Shown piece after piece: positions 28,898-38,390 of a stretch of DNA of 64,000 nucleotides (the stretch's first letter is position 1; each line of letters starts with the position of its first letter). The notes under the pieces were generated by a model. It was not told the DNA's origin and ran no database searches. It saw only the letters and a list, made by a program, of their open reading frames with translations. Location of the stretch: contig JAEUHS010000044.1 of assembly GCA_016794035.1 (NCBI GenBank), positions 24,169-88,168 on the forward strand. The letters run 5' to 3'. Made by a program: the position numbers and the translations under genes. Source of the DNA: Planctomycetota bacterium (GTDB lineage Bacteria; Planctomycetota; UBA1135; UBA2386).

Positions 28898-30474
28898 GGC
28901 GAGCGTTGATCTCGGTCACCGACAAGCACGGTGTCGTCGAGTTCGCGCGGGGCCTGATCGAGTCCGGGTTCTCGCTGCTGTCGACCGGGGGCACGCGCAA
29001 GACCCTTCGCGACGCCGGGGTCGAGGTGGTCGAGGTCGCCGACTACACGGGCTTCCCGGAGACGATGGACGGGCGCGTGAAGACCCTGCACCCGAAGGTG
29101 CACGGTGGCCTGCTCGCACGCCGCGACGAGGAGTCGCATCGGCGGGCGATGGAGCAGCACGGCATCGACCCGATCGACGTGTTGTGCGTCAACCTGTATC
29201 GCTTCCGCGAGACCGTGCGCACGCCGGGCATCTCGCGCGCCGAGATCGTCGAGCAGATCGACATCGGCGGGCCGGCGATGATCCGCAGCGCCGCGAAGAA
29301 CCACCAGAGCGTCGCCGTCGTCGTCGATCCGGCCGACTACCCGGCGGTGCTGCGAGCCCTGCGCGAGCACGGTGGCACGCTGCCGCCGGAACACCTGCGG
29401 CGGCTCGCGGCGAAGGCGTTCGCGCACACCGCCGCCTACGACGCGGCGATTGCGCAGTGGTTCGATTGCGAGCGTCGCACGATGTCGGGCGAGGCGTTCT
29501 TCCCGCCGCGCATCGCGTTCGCCGGTGACAAGCTGCAGGACCTGCGCTACGGCGAGAACCCGCATCAGAAGGCCGCCTTCTACGGCTTCGGGGATCCGAC
29601 GCCGAGCCTCGCCGGCAGCCGTCAGCTCGGCGGCAAGGAACTCAGCTACAACAACATCCTCGACGCCGACGCGGCGCTCGGGCTGGCGCTCGAGTTCGAT
29701 CGCACGAGCTGCGTGTTGGTGAAGCACAACAACCCGTGCGGCACGGCGGTGGCGGACCAGCTGTCGCGCGCCTTCGAGTTGGCCCTGGCCGGCGATCCGG
29801 TGTCCGCGTTCGGCGGCATCTTCGCCACCAACCGCACCTTCGACGTCGCCACGGCCAAGGCGATCGTCGACAGCGGCACCTTCCTCGAGGTGGTGGTCGC
29901 ACCGACCGTCGAACCGGCCGCCGCGGCGGAACTGCTGCGCGCCAAGTGGGGCGCCAACGTGCGCGTGCTCGAGCTCGGCGGCCTGCCCGACGCGACCGTG
30001 CGCAATCGCTACGTCGCCCGCCCGGTCAGCGGCGGCTTCCTGCTGCAGACGGCGGACGTGCCGGCCGAGGCGCCGCGACACGACGTGGCGAGCAAGCGGG
30101 CGCCGACGGACGCGGAGCGGGCGGCGCTGGCGTTCGCCTGGAAGGTCTGCAAGCACGTCAAGTCGAACGCGATCGTGTTCGCGCGCGCGACCGACGACGG
30201 CGCCTTCCACACGGTAGGCGTCGGTGCCGGCCAGATGAGCCGCGTCGACGCGGCGAAGATCGCCGTCGACAAGGCCGGCGAACGCACCCGCGGCGCCGTG
30301 GTCGCGAGCGACGCGTTCTTCCCGTTCCCCGACGGACTGGTCACCTGCGCCGAGGCGGGCGCCACCGCGGTCGTGCAACCCGGCGGCAGCAAGCGCGACG
30401 CCGAGATCACCGCGGCTGCCGACGCGCACGGCATGGCGATGGTGTTCACCGGCCAGCGCCACTTCCGTCACTGA
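28894..30474 (+). CDS. purH: Bifunctional AICAR transformylase / IMP cyclohydrolase
   Basis: ATGA overlap with the prfB stop. N-terminus [16 protein letters not shown], plus [14 protein letters not shown], and C-terminal [10 protein letters not shown]. Confidence 0.92.
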   Translation: MRRALISVTDKHGVVEFARGLIESGFSLLSTGGTRKTLRDAGVEVVEVADYTGFPETMDGRVKTLHPKVHGGLLARRDEESHRRAMEQHGIDPIDVLCVNLYRFRETVRTPGISRAEIVEQIDIGGPAMIRSAAKNHQSVAVVVDPADYPAVLRALREHGGTLPPEHLRRLAAKAFAHTAAYDAAIAQWFDCERRTMSGEAFFPPRIAFAGDKLQDLRYGENPHQKAAFYGFGDPTPSLAGSRQLGGKELSYNNILDADAALGLALEFDRTSCVLVKHNNPCGTAVADQLSRAFELALAGDPVSAFGGIFATNRTFDVATAKAIVDSGTFLEVVVAPTVEPAAAAELLRAKWGANVRVLELGGLPDATVRNRYVARPVSGGFLLQTADVPAEAPRHDVASKRAPTDAERAALAFAWKVCKHVKSNAIVFARATDDGAFHTVGVGAGQMSRVDAAKIAVDKAGERTRGAVVASDAFFPFPDGLVTCAEAGATAVVQPGGSKRDAEITAAADAHGMAMVFTGQRHFRH

Positions 30475-30479
30475 TCGCC

Positions 30480-30836
30480 GTGGACATCCACGAAGCCATC
30501 GCCGACCTGCAGCACGGAGCTTCGCTGCTCGAGATCGCGTCGGGGTATCGCGAGGCCCTGATCGCCGAAGTCGGTCTGCGGCCCGAGCAGGTCACCGCGC
30601 AGACGTTCCGCGGCGAGGTCTCGGCCTTCATGCGTCGGCTGGCCCGACACCTCGGTGATCGTCACGCCGGCGAGCCGCGTATCGGCCACGCGCTGCGCGA
30701 ATGGGTGCGCCACAGCGACCACTACGAAGCGTGGGACGCCCTGCTGACCGGCTTCGCGGTCGACGGCCGCGAGGCGCTGCTGCGCCGCGGCAGGGTGATG
30801 TTCCCCGGGCCGTTGACGGCGCATTGGCCGCAGTGA
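30480..30836 (+). CDS. Hypothetical 118-aa protein
   Basis: GTG start 6 nt after the purH stop, and its stop overlaps the yggS start (TGATG). GC3 is strong in this frame. No recognised motif. The opposite-strand ORF 30468..30824 is judged a shadow. Confidence 0.5.
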   Translation: MDIHEAIADLQHGASLLEIASGYREALIAEVGLRPEQVTAQTFRGEVSAFMRRLARHLGDRHAGEPRIGHALREWVRHSDHYEAWDALLTGFAVDGREALLRRGRVMFPGPLTAHWPQ

Positions 30837-31534
30837 TGACCGGCGTCGCCGACGTGCCGGCTCGGCTCGCCGCGGTCCGCGCGCAGATCGCCGGCCTCTG
30901 CGAACGATCCGGCCGCCCGGCGGACGCAGTGGAACTGCTCGCGGTCAGCAAGCAGCATCCGGCTGCCTCCATCCGCGCCGCCTACGCCGCCGGCCAGCGC
31001 GCGTTCGGCGAGAATCGCGTGCAGGAACTCGTGACGAAGGCGCTCGAACTCGCGCCGCTGTCCGACCTCCGCTGGCACATGATCGGTTCGCTGCAGACCA
31101 ACAAGGTGCGCGAGCTGTTGCGCGTGCCCGGTCTGGTGCTGCTGCACAGCCTCGACCGCGTGCGCCTCGCCGACGAACTGCAGCGCGAACTGGCGCGCAC
31201 CGGCCGCCACCTCGACGTGCTGCTCGAGGTCCACGCCTCCGGCGAGCCGACCAAGCACGGTTGTCCGCTCGTCGACGCGCCGGCGCTGGTCGCCCACGTC
31301 CAGGCGAACTGTCCGGCCGTCGCGCTGCAGGGCGTGATGGCGATGGGGCCGCTGGCGGGCGACCCGGCGCCGACGTTCGCGCGCACGGCCGCGCTGCGGG
31401 ACGAACTGCGCCGCCGCTCGGGGCTGCCGCTGCCAGTGCTGAGCCTCGGCATGTCCGGCGACCTCGCGGCCGGGATCGCGGCCGGCTCCACGTTGGTGCG
31501 CGTCGGAACCGCGGTGTTCGGATCGCGCGGTTGA
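30836..31534 (+). CDS. yggS: PLP homeostasis protein, YggS/PROSC family
   Basis: LLAVSKQHP (PLP lysine), FGENRVQE, WHMIGSLQTNK, LSLGMSGD. Confidence 0.88.
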   Translation: MTGVADVPARLAAVRAQIAGLCERSGRPADAVELLAVSKQHPAASIRAAYAAGQRAFGENRVQELVTKALELAPLSDLRWHMIGSLQTNKVRELLRVPGLVLLHSLDRVRLADELQRELARTGRHLDVLLEVHASGEPTKHGCPLVDAPALVAHVQANCPAVALQGVMAMGPLAGDPAPTFARTAALRDELRRRSGLPLPVLSLGMSGDLAAGIAAGSTLVRVGTAVFGSRG

Positions 31535-31560
31535 GCCTTGCCCCCCGGGACCGCTAACCT

Positions 31561-32328
31561 GTGCCAGTGGCCACCAGCAGGAAGCCGACCGTCAGCGTCG
31601 CCCGACCCGCGCCCGAAGCCGTCGCGCAGATCGCGGCGCGCCTCGCCGCGGCGATCCCGCAGCCGCGCTGCGAACTCGACCACCGCGACGCCTGGACACT
31701 GCTGATGGCGACGATCCTCAGCGCCCAGAGCACCGACCGCACGGTCAACACGGTGACGCCGTTGCTGTTCCAGAAGTGGCCCAGTCCACAGGCGCTGGCG
31801 GCGGCCCCGCGCGACGAGGTCGAGGCGGTCGTGCACCGCACCGGCTTCTTCCGCAACAAGGCCAAGGCGATCCAGGGTGCGAGCCTGGCGATCCACCAGC
31901 AATACGGCGGCGAGGTGCCGCGCACGATGGCGGAGCTGGTGGGCCTGCCCGGCGTGGCCCGCAAGACGGCGAACGTCGTGCTCGGGGTCGCGTTCGGCCT
32001 GACCGAGGGCGTGGTCGTCGACACCCACGTGATGCGCGTCGCGCAGCGCCTGGGCCTGTCCGCCGCGTCGCAAGCCGACAAGGTCGAACAGGACCTGTGC
32101 GCGCAGTTCCCGCGCGAGCAGTGGAACGACACCGGCCACCGCCTGCTGCTGCTCGGCCGCTACGTCTGCCTCGCCAAGGGACCCAGGTGTGCGGACTGCC
32201 CGCTGTCCGAACTGTGCGCCTCGCGTGCCGAAGCCCCGCTCGGGACCTGGCAGCAGCGCGCGGAGACGGTGCAGCAGCTGGTCGCTCCCGCTACGCCCGA
32301 CACCGGTCCGGCGGCCGCATCCGGATGA
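31561..32328 (+). CDS. nth: Endonuclease III
   Basis: HhH-GPD block LPGVARKTANVVL and the 4Fe-4S cluster C-x6-C-x2-C-x5-C (CLAKGPRCADCPLSELC). Confidence 0.9.
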   Translation: MPVATSRKPTVSVARPAPEAVAQIAARLAAAIPQPRCELDHRDAWTLLMATILSAQSTDRTVNTVTPLLFQKWPSPQALAAAPRDEVEAVVHRTGFFRNKAKAIQGASLAIHQQYGGEVPRTMAELVGLPGVARKTANVVLGVAFGLTEGVVVDTHVMRVAQRLGLSAASQADKVEQDLCAQFPREQWNDTGHRLLLLGRYVCLAKGPRCADCPLSELCASRAEAPLGTWQQRAETVQQLVAPATPDTGPAAASG

Positions 32329-32885
32329 GCACCGGGGCTGGATGCTGGCTGGCGGCGGCGCTGCTGCTGAGCGCGTGCTCGGACCACGGCGCCTGGGTGC
32401 CGAGCGCCGCCGATGCACCGGCACAGGCGTCGCGCCGCGCGGCGGCCGCGGCGGCGCGGGATCAACTCGCCTCGCAACTGCTGGGGGAACTCACCGCTGC
32501 GCTCGCCGACGGTGGTCCGGCCAAGGCGATCGCCGTCTGTCGCGAACGCGCCCCGGCCCTCGCGGCGCAGGTCGGCAGCGAACGCCACCTGCGCATCGGC
32601 CGCACGTCGCAGCGGTTGCGCAATCCCGCCAACCGTGCGCCGGCGTGGGCCACCGCCGCCATCGCCAGCGCGGCGGCCGAGCCGACGTTCTTCACCGGGC
32701 CGGACCAGCAGCTCGGGGCACTGTATGCGATCCGGCTGCTGCCGCAGTGCGTGCAGTGCCATGGCCGCACCGAGGACCTGTCGGCGGAGGTCCGCAGCGC
32801 GCTGCGGCGGCACTACCCGGACGATGCGGCCACCGGGTTCGCGGTCGGTGACCTGCGCGGCTGGTTCTGGGTCGAGGTTCCCTGA
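32325..32885 (+). CDS. Lipoprotein with a CxxCH haem c site, DUF3365-like
   Basis: ATGA overlap with nth. Lipobox LLLSAC. LPQCVQCHG haem-binding motif. C-terminal GDLRGWFWVEV. Confidence 0.6.
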   Translation: MSTGAGCWLAAALLLSACSDHGAWVPSAADAPAQASRRAAAAAARDQLASQLLGELTAALADGGPAKAIAVCRERAPALAAQVGSERHLRIGRTSQRLRNPANRAPAWATAAIASAAAEPTFFTGPDQQLGALYAIRLLPQCVQCHGRTEDLSAEVRSALRRHYPDDAATGFAVGDLRGWFWVEVP

Positions 32886-32904
32886 CGCCGGACCGCCCCG
32901 CAGC

Positions 32905-33849
32905 TCACGAGCGCTGCAGATCGGTGCACGCACGGGCGAACCGGCTCGCCACGTCGTCCCACGGCGCCAGCGGCGGCAGGACGGCGGCGGCGCGGGCGCG
33001 GGCGAGTTGCCGCCCATCGCCGAGCACTTCGTGCAGGCGCCGCTGGAACGCCGCGTCCGGCGCGCTGGCGGGCACCAGCCAGCCGTTCCTGCCGTCGTGC
33101 ACGAAGGTCGGGATCTCGCCGGTGGCGAACGCCAGCACGGGCACGCCGCAGGCCGCGGCCTCCGCGACCGCCATGCCGAACGACTCGTCGCGCGACGCGG
33201 ACACGCACAGTTCGGCGCGCTGCAGCTCGACGGCCACCTCGGCGGGTGGCAGCACGCCGCGCAGGTGCAGCGTGCAGGGCGCCGCGGCGGCCTCGACCTC
33301 GCGCACGTAGTCGGGAGCCAGGTTGCGGTCACCGAGCAGCACGAGGTCGCAAGGCCCCGCCGCCGGCGCCGTCGCCAGCGCGCGCGCCACCAGCAGCTGG
33401 CCCTTGCCGGGGCAGACCGTGCCGATGCAGACGACGCGGCGCCGCCGCGCGGGCGCCGCGGCCGGTCCGGGCCGGAAGCACGCATCGAGTCCCGGCCGCA
33501 CGACCTCGACCCGGCACGCAGCCGCGGCGACGGCATCGGCGGTCGGCTGCGACGTGGCGATCACCGGCAGCGGTGCCGCGGCCCACGGCGCCAGCTCCGG
33601 CGCGCCGTGCAGCAGCGCGACGACGCCGGCCGGCAGGACCCGGCGCGTCCGGGTGACGAACAGGCCGTCGACGACCACCACCGCCTGCGTCGCCGTCGCC
33701 GCCGCCACCGCGGCCGCGAACTGCCCCGGCGCGACCGCGCGCAGTTCGCCTTCGCCGCGCGCCGCGAGCCGTCGCGCGATCTCGGCCTGGTAGCGGTAGC
33801 CGCCGGAGACGAAGCCCGCCGGGCGCTGCGGCTCCAGCAGCAGGATCAC
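32905..33849 (-). CDS. Glycosyltransferase (GT-B, GT4/GT1-like)
   Basis: GTGA overlap with the upstream PTPS-like gene. C-terminal ASRDESFGMAVAEAAACGVPVLAFATGEIPTFV is the typical E-x7-E region. Confidence 0.7.
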   Translation of the reverse strand: MILLLEPQRPAGFVSGGYRYQAEIARRLAARGEGELRAVAPGQFAAAVAAATATQAVVVVDGLFVTRTRRVLPAGVVALLHGAPELAPWAAAPLPVIATSQPTADAVAAAACRVEVVRPGLDACFRPGPAAAPARRRRVVCIGTVCPGKGQLLVARALATAPAAGPCDLVLLGDRNLAPDYVREVEAAAAPCTLHLRGVLPPAEVAVELQRAELCVSASRDESFGMAVAEAAACGVPVLAFATGEIPTFVHDGRNGWLVPASAPDAAFQRRLHEVLGDGRQLARARAAAVLPPLAPWDDVASRFARACTDLQRS

Positions 33850-34244
33850 GCCACCGGACCTTCGAAGCTGGCCCAGGCGACGCGGCTCTCTTCGAGCGTC
33901 ACGCGCAGCACGCCGCGGAACCGGCCGCGCAGCCGCGCGGCGATCTGCCCGTGGATCCACTGCGCCAGGAACTCGGTGGTCGTGTTCACACCGGCGAACG
34001 GCGGCAGCTCGTCGAGGTTGTGGAAGCGCAGCGGATCGAGCACGGCGGTCAGCACCTGATGGCACAGGCCGATGTCCAGCACGATGCCGTCGGCGTCGAG
34101 TCGCTCGGTGGCATACTCGGTGATCACCTCGTAGGTCGCGCCGTGCAGGCGCTGCGCCGGCCCGAACACCGCGCCGCGCAGGCTGTGCGCGACCATCACG
34201 TGGTCCCTGACGGCGACTCGGAACGTTCCCTGGGTCGGTTGCAT
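33846..34244 (-). CDS. 6-pyruvoyl-tetrahydropterin synthase/QueD-like protein with non-canonical active-site residues
   Basis: Aligns by eye to QueD/PTPS (VAHSL, RLHGATYEV, LDPLRFHNLDELPPF, TTEFLAQWIH). The Cys of C-x-R-L-H-G-H is Ala, and the last His is Ala. Confidence 0.7.
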   Translation of the reverse strand: MQPTQGTFRVAVRDHVMVAHSLRGAVFGPAQRLHGATYEVITEYATERLDADGIVLDIGLCHQVLTAVLDPLRFHNLDELPPFAGVNTTTEFLAQWIHGQIAARLRGRFRGVLRVTLEESRVAWASFEGPVA

Positions 34245-34250
34245 GGTGGT

Positions 34251-35231
34251 TCAGTAGGCGACGACCGGACACGGCTCGGACACTTCGCCGCGGCACAGGC
34301 GCGCGAAGAACTGCGGCAGTTGCAGGAACGGGATCGGCGGTCCGAGCAGCGTGTCGAGCCGGTCGTCGGCCAACAACCCGAAGACCTGCGCGGTGCGCGC
34401 CGCGCGGCCGGCGGCACGATGGCTCGGCGCGATCGTGGCGACCTGCGAGGCGACGATGCGCTTGCGCTGGTGATGGAAGCTCGTGCCGAGTTGCAGCAGC
34501 ACGGATCGACTGCCGTACCACGACAGTTCGAGCACGCGTCCCTCGAAGCCGAGGGCGTCGATCGACAGCTGCAGTCCGGCGTTGCTCGCCGACGTGTGGA
34601 ACACGACGTCGAAGCGATCGTGCGCGACTTCGTCCGGCGCGATCACCGCAGCGACCCAGGGCAGGCGCGCGGCGAGCTCGCGCCGCCGCGCATCGGCCTC
34701 CACCAGGACGGCACCCTCACCGTGCACCTGCTCCAGCACCAACGCCACCAGCAGGCCCACGCCTCCGCCGCCGACGATGGCGATGCGCTCACCGGGGCGC
34801 AGCTCCGCGTCCCAGACCGCGTTGAGGGCGGTCTCGAGGTTCGGCAGCAGTGTGGCCCGCGGTCCGGGTGCAAGCGTGTCCGGCAGGCTGATCAGGTCGT
34901 CGCCGGCGACGACGGCACGATCCTGGTGCGGGTGCATCGTGAACACACGTCGCCCCGCGAGTCTGCCCCCGGCGATCCGGCCGACGAGGCTGTAGCCGTA
35001 GCAGATCGGCAGCGAGAACGAGCCCTGCATGGCGCGGCAGGCCATCGCGGCGGCGCAGCTGTCCGGTACGAGGCCGAGACCGACGAGGCGTTCCGTGCCG
35101 GTGCTGATGCCCGAGAACTCGCTGTGGATCAGGTGGTCCTCGACGCCGGGGCGGCGCAGGGTCGAACGGCGCAGGGCACCGACCCCGGGTGACTCGATCC
35201 AGAACGCGAGTGCCGTGTCGTCGGTCACCAT
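34251..35231 (-). CDS. Medium-chain (zinc-type) alcohol dehydrogenase family protein
   Basis: Rossmann motif IAIVGGGGVGLL. MDR-like N-terminal domain. 3-nt gap from the upstream gene. Confidence 0.7.
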   Translation of the reverse strand: MVTDDTALAFWIESPGVGALRRSTLRRPGVEDHLIHSEFSGISTGTERLVGLGLVPDSCAAAMACRAMQGSFSLPICYGYSLVGRIAGGRLAGRRVFTMHPHQDRAVVAGDDLISLPDTLAPGPRATLLPNLETALNAVWDAELRPGERIAIVGGGGVGLLVALVLEQVHGEGAVLVEADARRRELAARLPWVAAVIAPDEVAHDRFDVVFHTSASNAGLQLSIDALGFEGRVLELSWYGSRSVLLQLGTSFHHQRKRIVASQVATIAPSHRAAGRAARTAQVFGLLADDRLDTLLGPPIPFLQLPQFFARLCRGEVSEPCPVVAY

Positions 35232-35234
35232 CGT

Positions 35235-36227
35235 TCAGCCCGCCTCGCCGACCGATGGCCAGCACGACAGCAGCACGTGGCCGTCGAGCATCGTGTGGTC
35301 CATGGTGAACTGCAGACCGTGCCGCACGTGCTCGACCGGCGTCAGCGTGAAGCTGGGAATGCCCGCGCCGAGCACCATCGCCGCGATGTGCACCTGCAAC
35401 AGGTCGATGCAGCGCGCCTGCAGGAACGACGACAGGGTCTGCGAGCCGCCTTCGAGGTAGATCGAGTGCACGTCGCGCGACCGGAGGGCCGCGAGCACCG
35501 CGACCGGATCGAGGGCGTCGGCGGTCGCGGGGACCTCCAGCACATGGCTGCGGCCCGGCGCCGGTGCGCCGTTGCCCGCGGCGACGACGACGTCACAGCC
35601 CGCCCCGCGAAACGCGTGGCGATCGTGGCGTTCGCGCAGGATGGCGCCGCTGCCACTGAGCACGATACGGCGCGGATTCGGGCCGGTGACGTGCCGCACG
35701 TCGAGGCGCGGATCGTCGGTGCGCACGGTGCCGGCGCCGACCAGCACGCCGTCGAGCAGCGCGCGCATGCGGTGGGCGTGTCGCAGGTCGGCGGCGTTGC
35801 CGATCCACTGTGACTGGCCGTTGGGACAGGCGATGCGGCCGTCGAGCGTCTGCGTCACGTGCGCGGCCACGAACGTGCGCCCGCGCCGCCGCGCCGCCGC
35901 GGCGCCGAGCAGGACCGGCAGGTACACGCGCGCCATGGCGAGGAAGCTCGCATCGACGGGGCGCCGGGTCGGGTGCACGAACGTCGGCACCATGGCATCG
36001 GCCGGATCGAACACGGTCAGCGCGGCGTCGGCGGCCAGCGCCGACACGGGCGCGTGCGACAGGGCGAACACCTGCTGCGCCGGTCGCAGGTCGGCGGTGC
36101 CGGTCGGCAGGCAGGACCACTGCGCGCCACGCCGCACGAACACGAACTCGCGCGTGCCCTGCGCGAGCACGGACCGGGCCTCGAGAAAGGCGGGCCAGGC
36201 GCTGTCGTCGCCGAGTTCGCAGACCAT
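35235..36227 (-). CDS. RibD C-terminal (DHFR-like) reductase-domain protein with an approximately 100-aa N-terminal extension
   Basis: HVTQTLDGRIACPNGQSQWIGN...LRALLDGVLVGAGTVRTDDPRLDVR...IYLEGG matches the RibD_C pattern. Start at ATG 36227. Confidence 0.7.
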   Translation of the reverse strand: MVCELGDDSAWPAFLEARSVLAQGTREFVFVRRGAQWSCLPTGTADLRPAQQVFALSHAPVSALAADAALTVFDPADAMVPTFVHPTRRPVDASFLAMARVYLPVLLGAAAARRRGRTFVAAHVTQTLDGRIACPNGQSQWIGNAADLRHAHRMRALLDGVLVGAGTVRTDDPRLDVRHVTGPNPRRIVLSGSGAILRERHDRHAFRGAGCDVVVAAGNGAPAPGRSHVLEVPATADALDPVAVLAALRSRDVHSIYLEGGSQTLSSFLQARCIDLLQVHIAAMVLGAGIPSFTLTPVEHVRHGLQFTMDHTMLDGHVLLSCWPSVGEAG

Positions 36228-36321
36228 GCGGGAGGTGCGGGTTGCAGGCACGCCGGTGGCGGGCGAACCGCGAGAGAACCGGGACAGCCTATCTCGGCCG
36301 GGCGCGGTAGGCTCCCCCTCG

Positions 36322-37023
36322 ATGGCGATCGCGGCCCTGAGCACCTGGTTGCGCGCGCAGGCGGTCTGGTGGCTCGGCTGGCTGCTGGCTGCGGTCTGGT
36401 TCGGCGCGGCGGAACTGCCGGCGTGGTGGTTCGCCGTGCAGACGGTTGTCATGGCGCTCTCGTACGCGGTGCTGGTGCCGATCCTGCGCGCGGGCCGGCG
36501 CGCGGCGGACGTGGTCACGGTCGCGCGCTTCGGCGGCCTGTTGGCGGTGATCTGGCTGGCGGCCGCCGGTCGGCCGTGGTCCTGGTTCGCCGCCGTCGCC
36601 GTGGTGTTGCTGGACCTGGTCGACGGCGCGGTCGCGCGTCGCTGCGGCGGTTCGCCGCAGGGTGCCGTGCTCGACATGGAGACCGATCAGTTCACCGTGC
36701 TCGGTCTGGCGACGCTGGTCGCGGCGGCCGGTGGCGGCGGGCACGTGCTGCTGCTGCCGGCGCTGCGCTACGTGTTCGTGCTGGCGATGTGGTGGGCCGG
36801 GGCGCCGGCGCACGAGCCGAAGCCGGTCGACGGCGACAACCGGCGCGGCCGCACCGTCTGCGCATGCGTCCTGATCGCGCTGCTGGTGGCGCTGTGGCCG
36901 AACCTGCCGCCGCCGGTCGGTGACGTGGTGACCGCGGTCGCGGTGCTGCTGCTGGCGTGGTCGTTCGCCGGCGATGCCGGCTTCCTGCTCGCGCAGCTGC
37001 GCGGGCCGCGGAGCCGCGCGTGA
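36322..37023 (+). CDS. CDP-alcohol phosphatidyltransferase
   Basis: Complete signature D-x2-DG-x2-AR-x8-G-x3-D-x3-D, seen as LDLVDGAVARRCGGSPQGAVLDMETDQ. Multiple TM helices. Confidence 0.85.
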   Translation: MAIAALSTWLRAQAVWWLGWLLAAVWFGAAELPAWWFAVQTVVMALSYAVLVPILRAGRRAADVVTVARFGGLLAVIWLAAAGRPWSWFAAVAVVLLDLVDGAVARRCGGSPQGAVLDMETDQFTVLGLATLVAAAGGGGHVLLLPALRYVFVLAMWWAGAPAHEPKPVDGDNRRGRTVCACVLIALLVALWPNLPPPVGDVVTAVAVLLLAWSFAGDAGFLLAQLRGPRSRA

Positions 37024-37634
37024 ACGTCACCGAGATCGTGGTGCTGGCCGCCTACGCGTCGCTGGTCGTCGAGCTGGTGCTGTTCCCGATCCCGAGCGAA
37101 GCGAGCACGTGGCAGCTGCTGGCCGCCGAGACGCCGGCGAACGCACCCGCCGGCGACGCGCTGCTGCGTGCCCGCTCGCGCCCGCTGGCCCAGAAGATCC
37201 TGCGGCTGTTCCTGCCGACCGCGCTGGGCGTCGTGTCCTGGCTGCTGCCGCTCGGCTGCATCCTGGTGCCGGGGTTCGCGGCGGCGGTCTGGAGCACGTC
37301 GGTGCCGTGGCTGCAGGCGCCGGGACTCGCTCTGGTCGTGCTCGGCCGCGCCGTCACGTTCGCCTCGGTGCTGCAACTGCGCGCGCAACGGCGCCGCGGT
37401 GCAGCGCCGGGCTGGTTGTTCCGGCGGTCGCGCAATCCGGGCCTGGTCGGCATGTTCACCTGCTATCTGGGCCTGTGCTGCCTGTTCGGTTCGCCGCTGC
37501 TGTGGCTCGGCCTGCCGCTCTACGTCGGCAACATGCACGGTCGCGTGCGCATGGAGGAGGCGCACCTGTCGCGGCGGCTCGGTGCCGCGTGGACCGACTA
37601 CGCCGCCCGCGTGCCGCGGTATCTCGGCTGGTGA
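37020..37634 (+). CDS. Membrane methyltransferase, ICMT/PEMT-like
   Basis: GTGA overlap with the upstream gene. C-terminal SRNPGLVGMF...YVGNMHGRVRMEEAHLSRRLGAAWTDYAARVPRY matches the ICMT/phospholipid-methyltransferase C-terminus. Confidence 0.65.
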   Translation: MNVTEIVVLAAYASLVVELVLFPIPSEASTWQLLAAETPANAPAGDALLRARSRPLAQKILRLFLPTALGVVSWLLPLGCILVPGFAAAVWSTSVPWLQAPGLALVVLGRAVTFASVLQLRAQRRRGAAPGWLFRRSRNPGLVGMFTCYLGLCCLFGSPLLWLGLPLYVGNMHGRVRMEEAHLSRRLGAAWTDYAARVPRYLGW

Positions 37635-37667
37635 GGTTCGCCTACACTGCGCGCCCCCGAGGATCCC

Positions 37668-38390
37668 GTGGTCGAGCATCCGGTCAGCCAGGCAGACGTC
37701 GCCGCGTGGTTCGACGCCACCTACCGCAAGAAGGGTCTGCGCTACCTGCGGCCGCGGCGCGCGTACCCGATCTTCGTACAACTGCTCGGTCTGTCGCCGG
37801 GCGCGCGGCTGCTCGACGTCGCCTGCGGGCCGGGCCTCCTGCTCTGCGCCGCGGTCGAACGCGGCCTCGCCGCGGCCGGCGTCGACCTGTCGACCGAGGC
37901 GGTGTCGCTGGCGCAGGAACTGCTGCCGGCCGCCGACGTGCGGCAGGGCAACGCCGAGCGGCTGCCGTTCGCGGACGGCAGCTTCGACGGCGTGACCTGC
38001 CTCGGCTCGATCGAGCGCTTCCTCGATCGCGAGGCGGCGCTGCGTGAGATGCTGCGCGTCGGCAGGCCGGGCGCGCGCTACTGCTTCCTGGTGCGCAACG
38101 CGAACACGATCGTCTGGCGGTTCTGGCGGCAGGGCCTCGGCCGCCGCGAGGTGCAGGGCCATCAGGACGCGCAGACCATCGCGCAATGGCGCGAGCTGTT
38201 CGTCCGCGTCGGCTTCCGGGTCGAACGTGTGCTGCCGGACCAGTGGCCGCGCGCACGCTGGCGGCAGCTGCTGCCGTGGTGGCGGCCGCGGCCCGGTCGC
38301 CGCGAGCCGGTGGCGCGGCCGCTGGTGCCATTGCGCTGGTGCAACGAGCTGGTGTTCGTGTTGCGCCGGGCCGGAGACGCGGCGCGATGA
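37668..38390 (+). CDS. Class I SAM-dependent methyltransferase (type 11)
   Basis: Motif I LLDVACGPG and post-I AGVDLS, plus FDGVTCLGSIE. Confidence 0.8.
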   Translation: MVEHPVSQADVAAWFDATYRKKGLRYLRPRRAYPIFVQLLGLSPGARLLDVACGPGLLLCAAVERGLAAAGVDLSTEAVSLAQELLPAADVRQGNAERLPFADGSFDGVTCLGSIERFLDREAALREMLRVGRPGARYCFLVRNANTIVWRFWRQGLGRREVQGHQDAQTIAQWRELFVRVGFRVERVLPDQWPRARWRQLLPWWRPRPGRREPVARPLVPLRWCNELVFVLRRAGDAAR

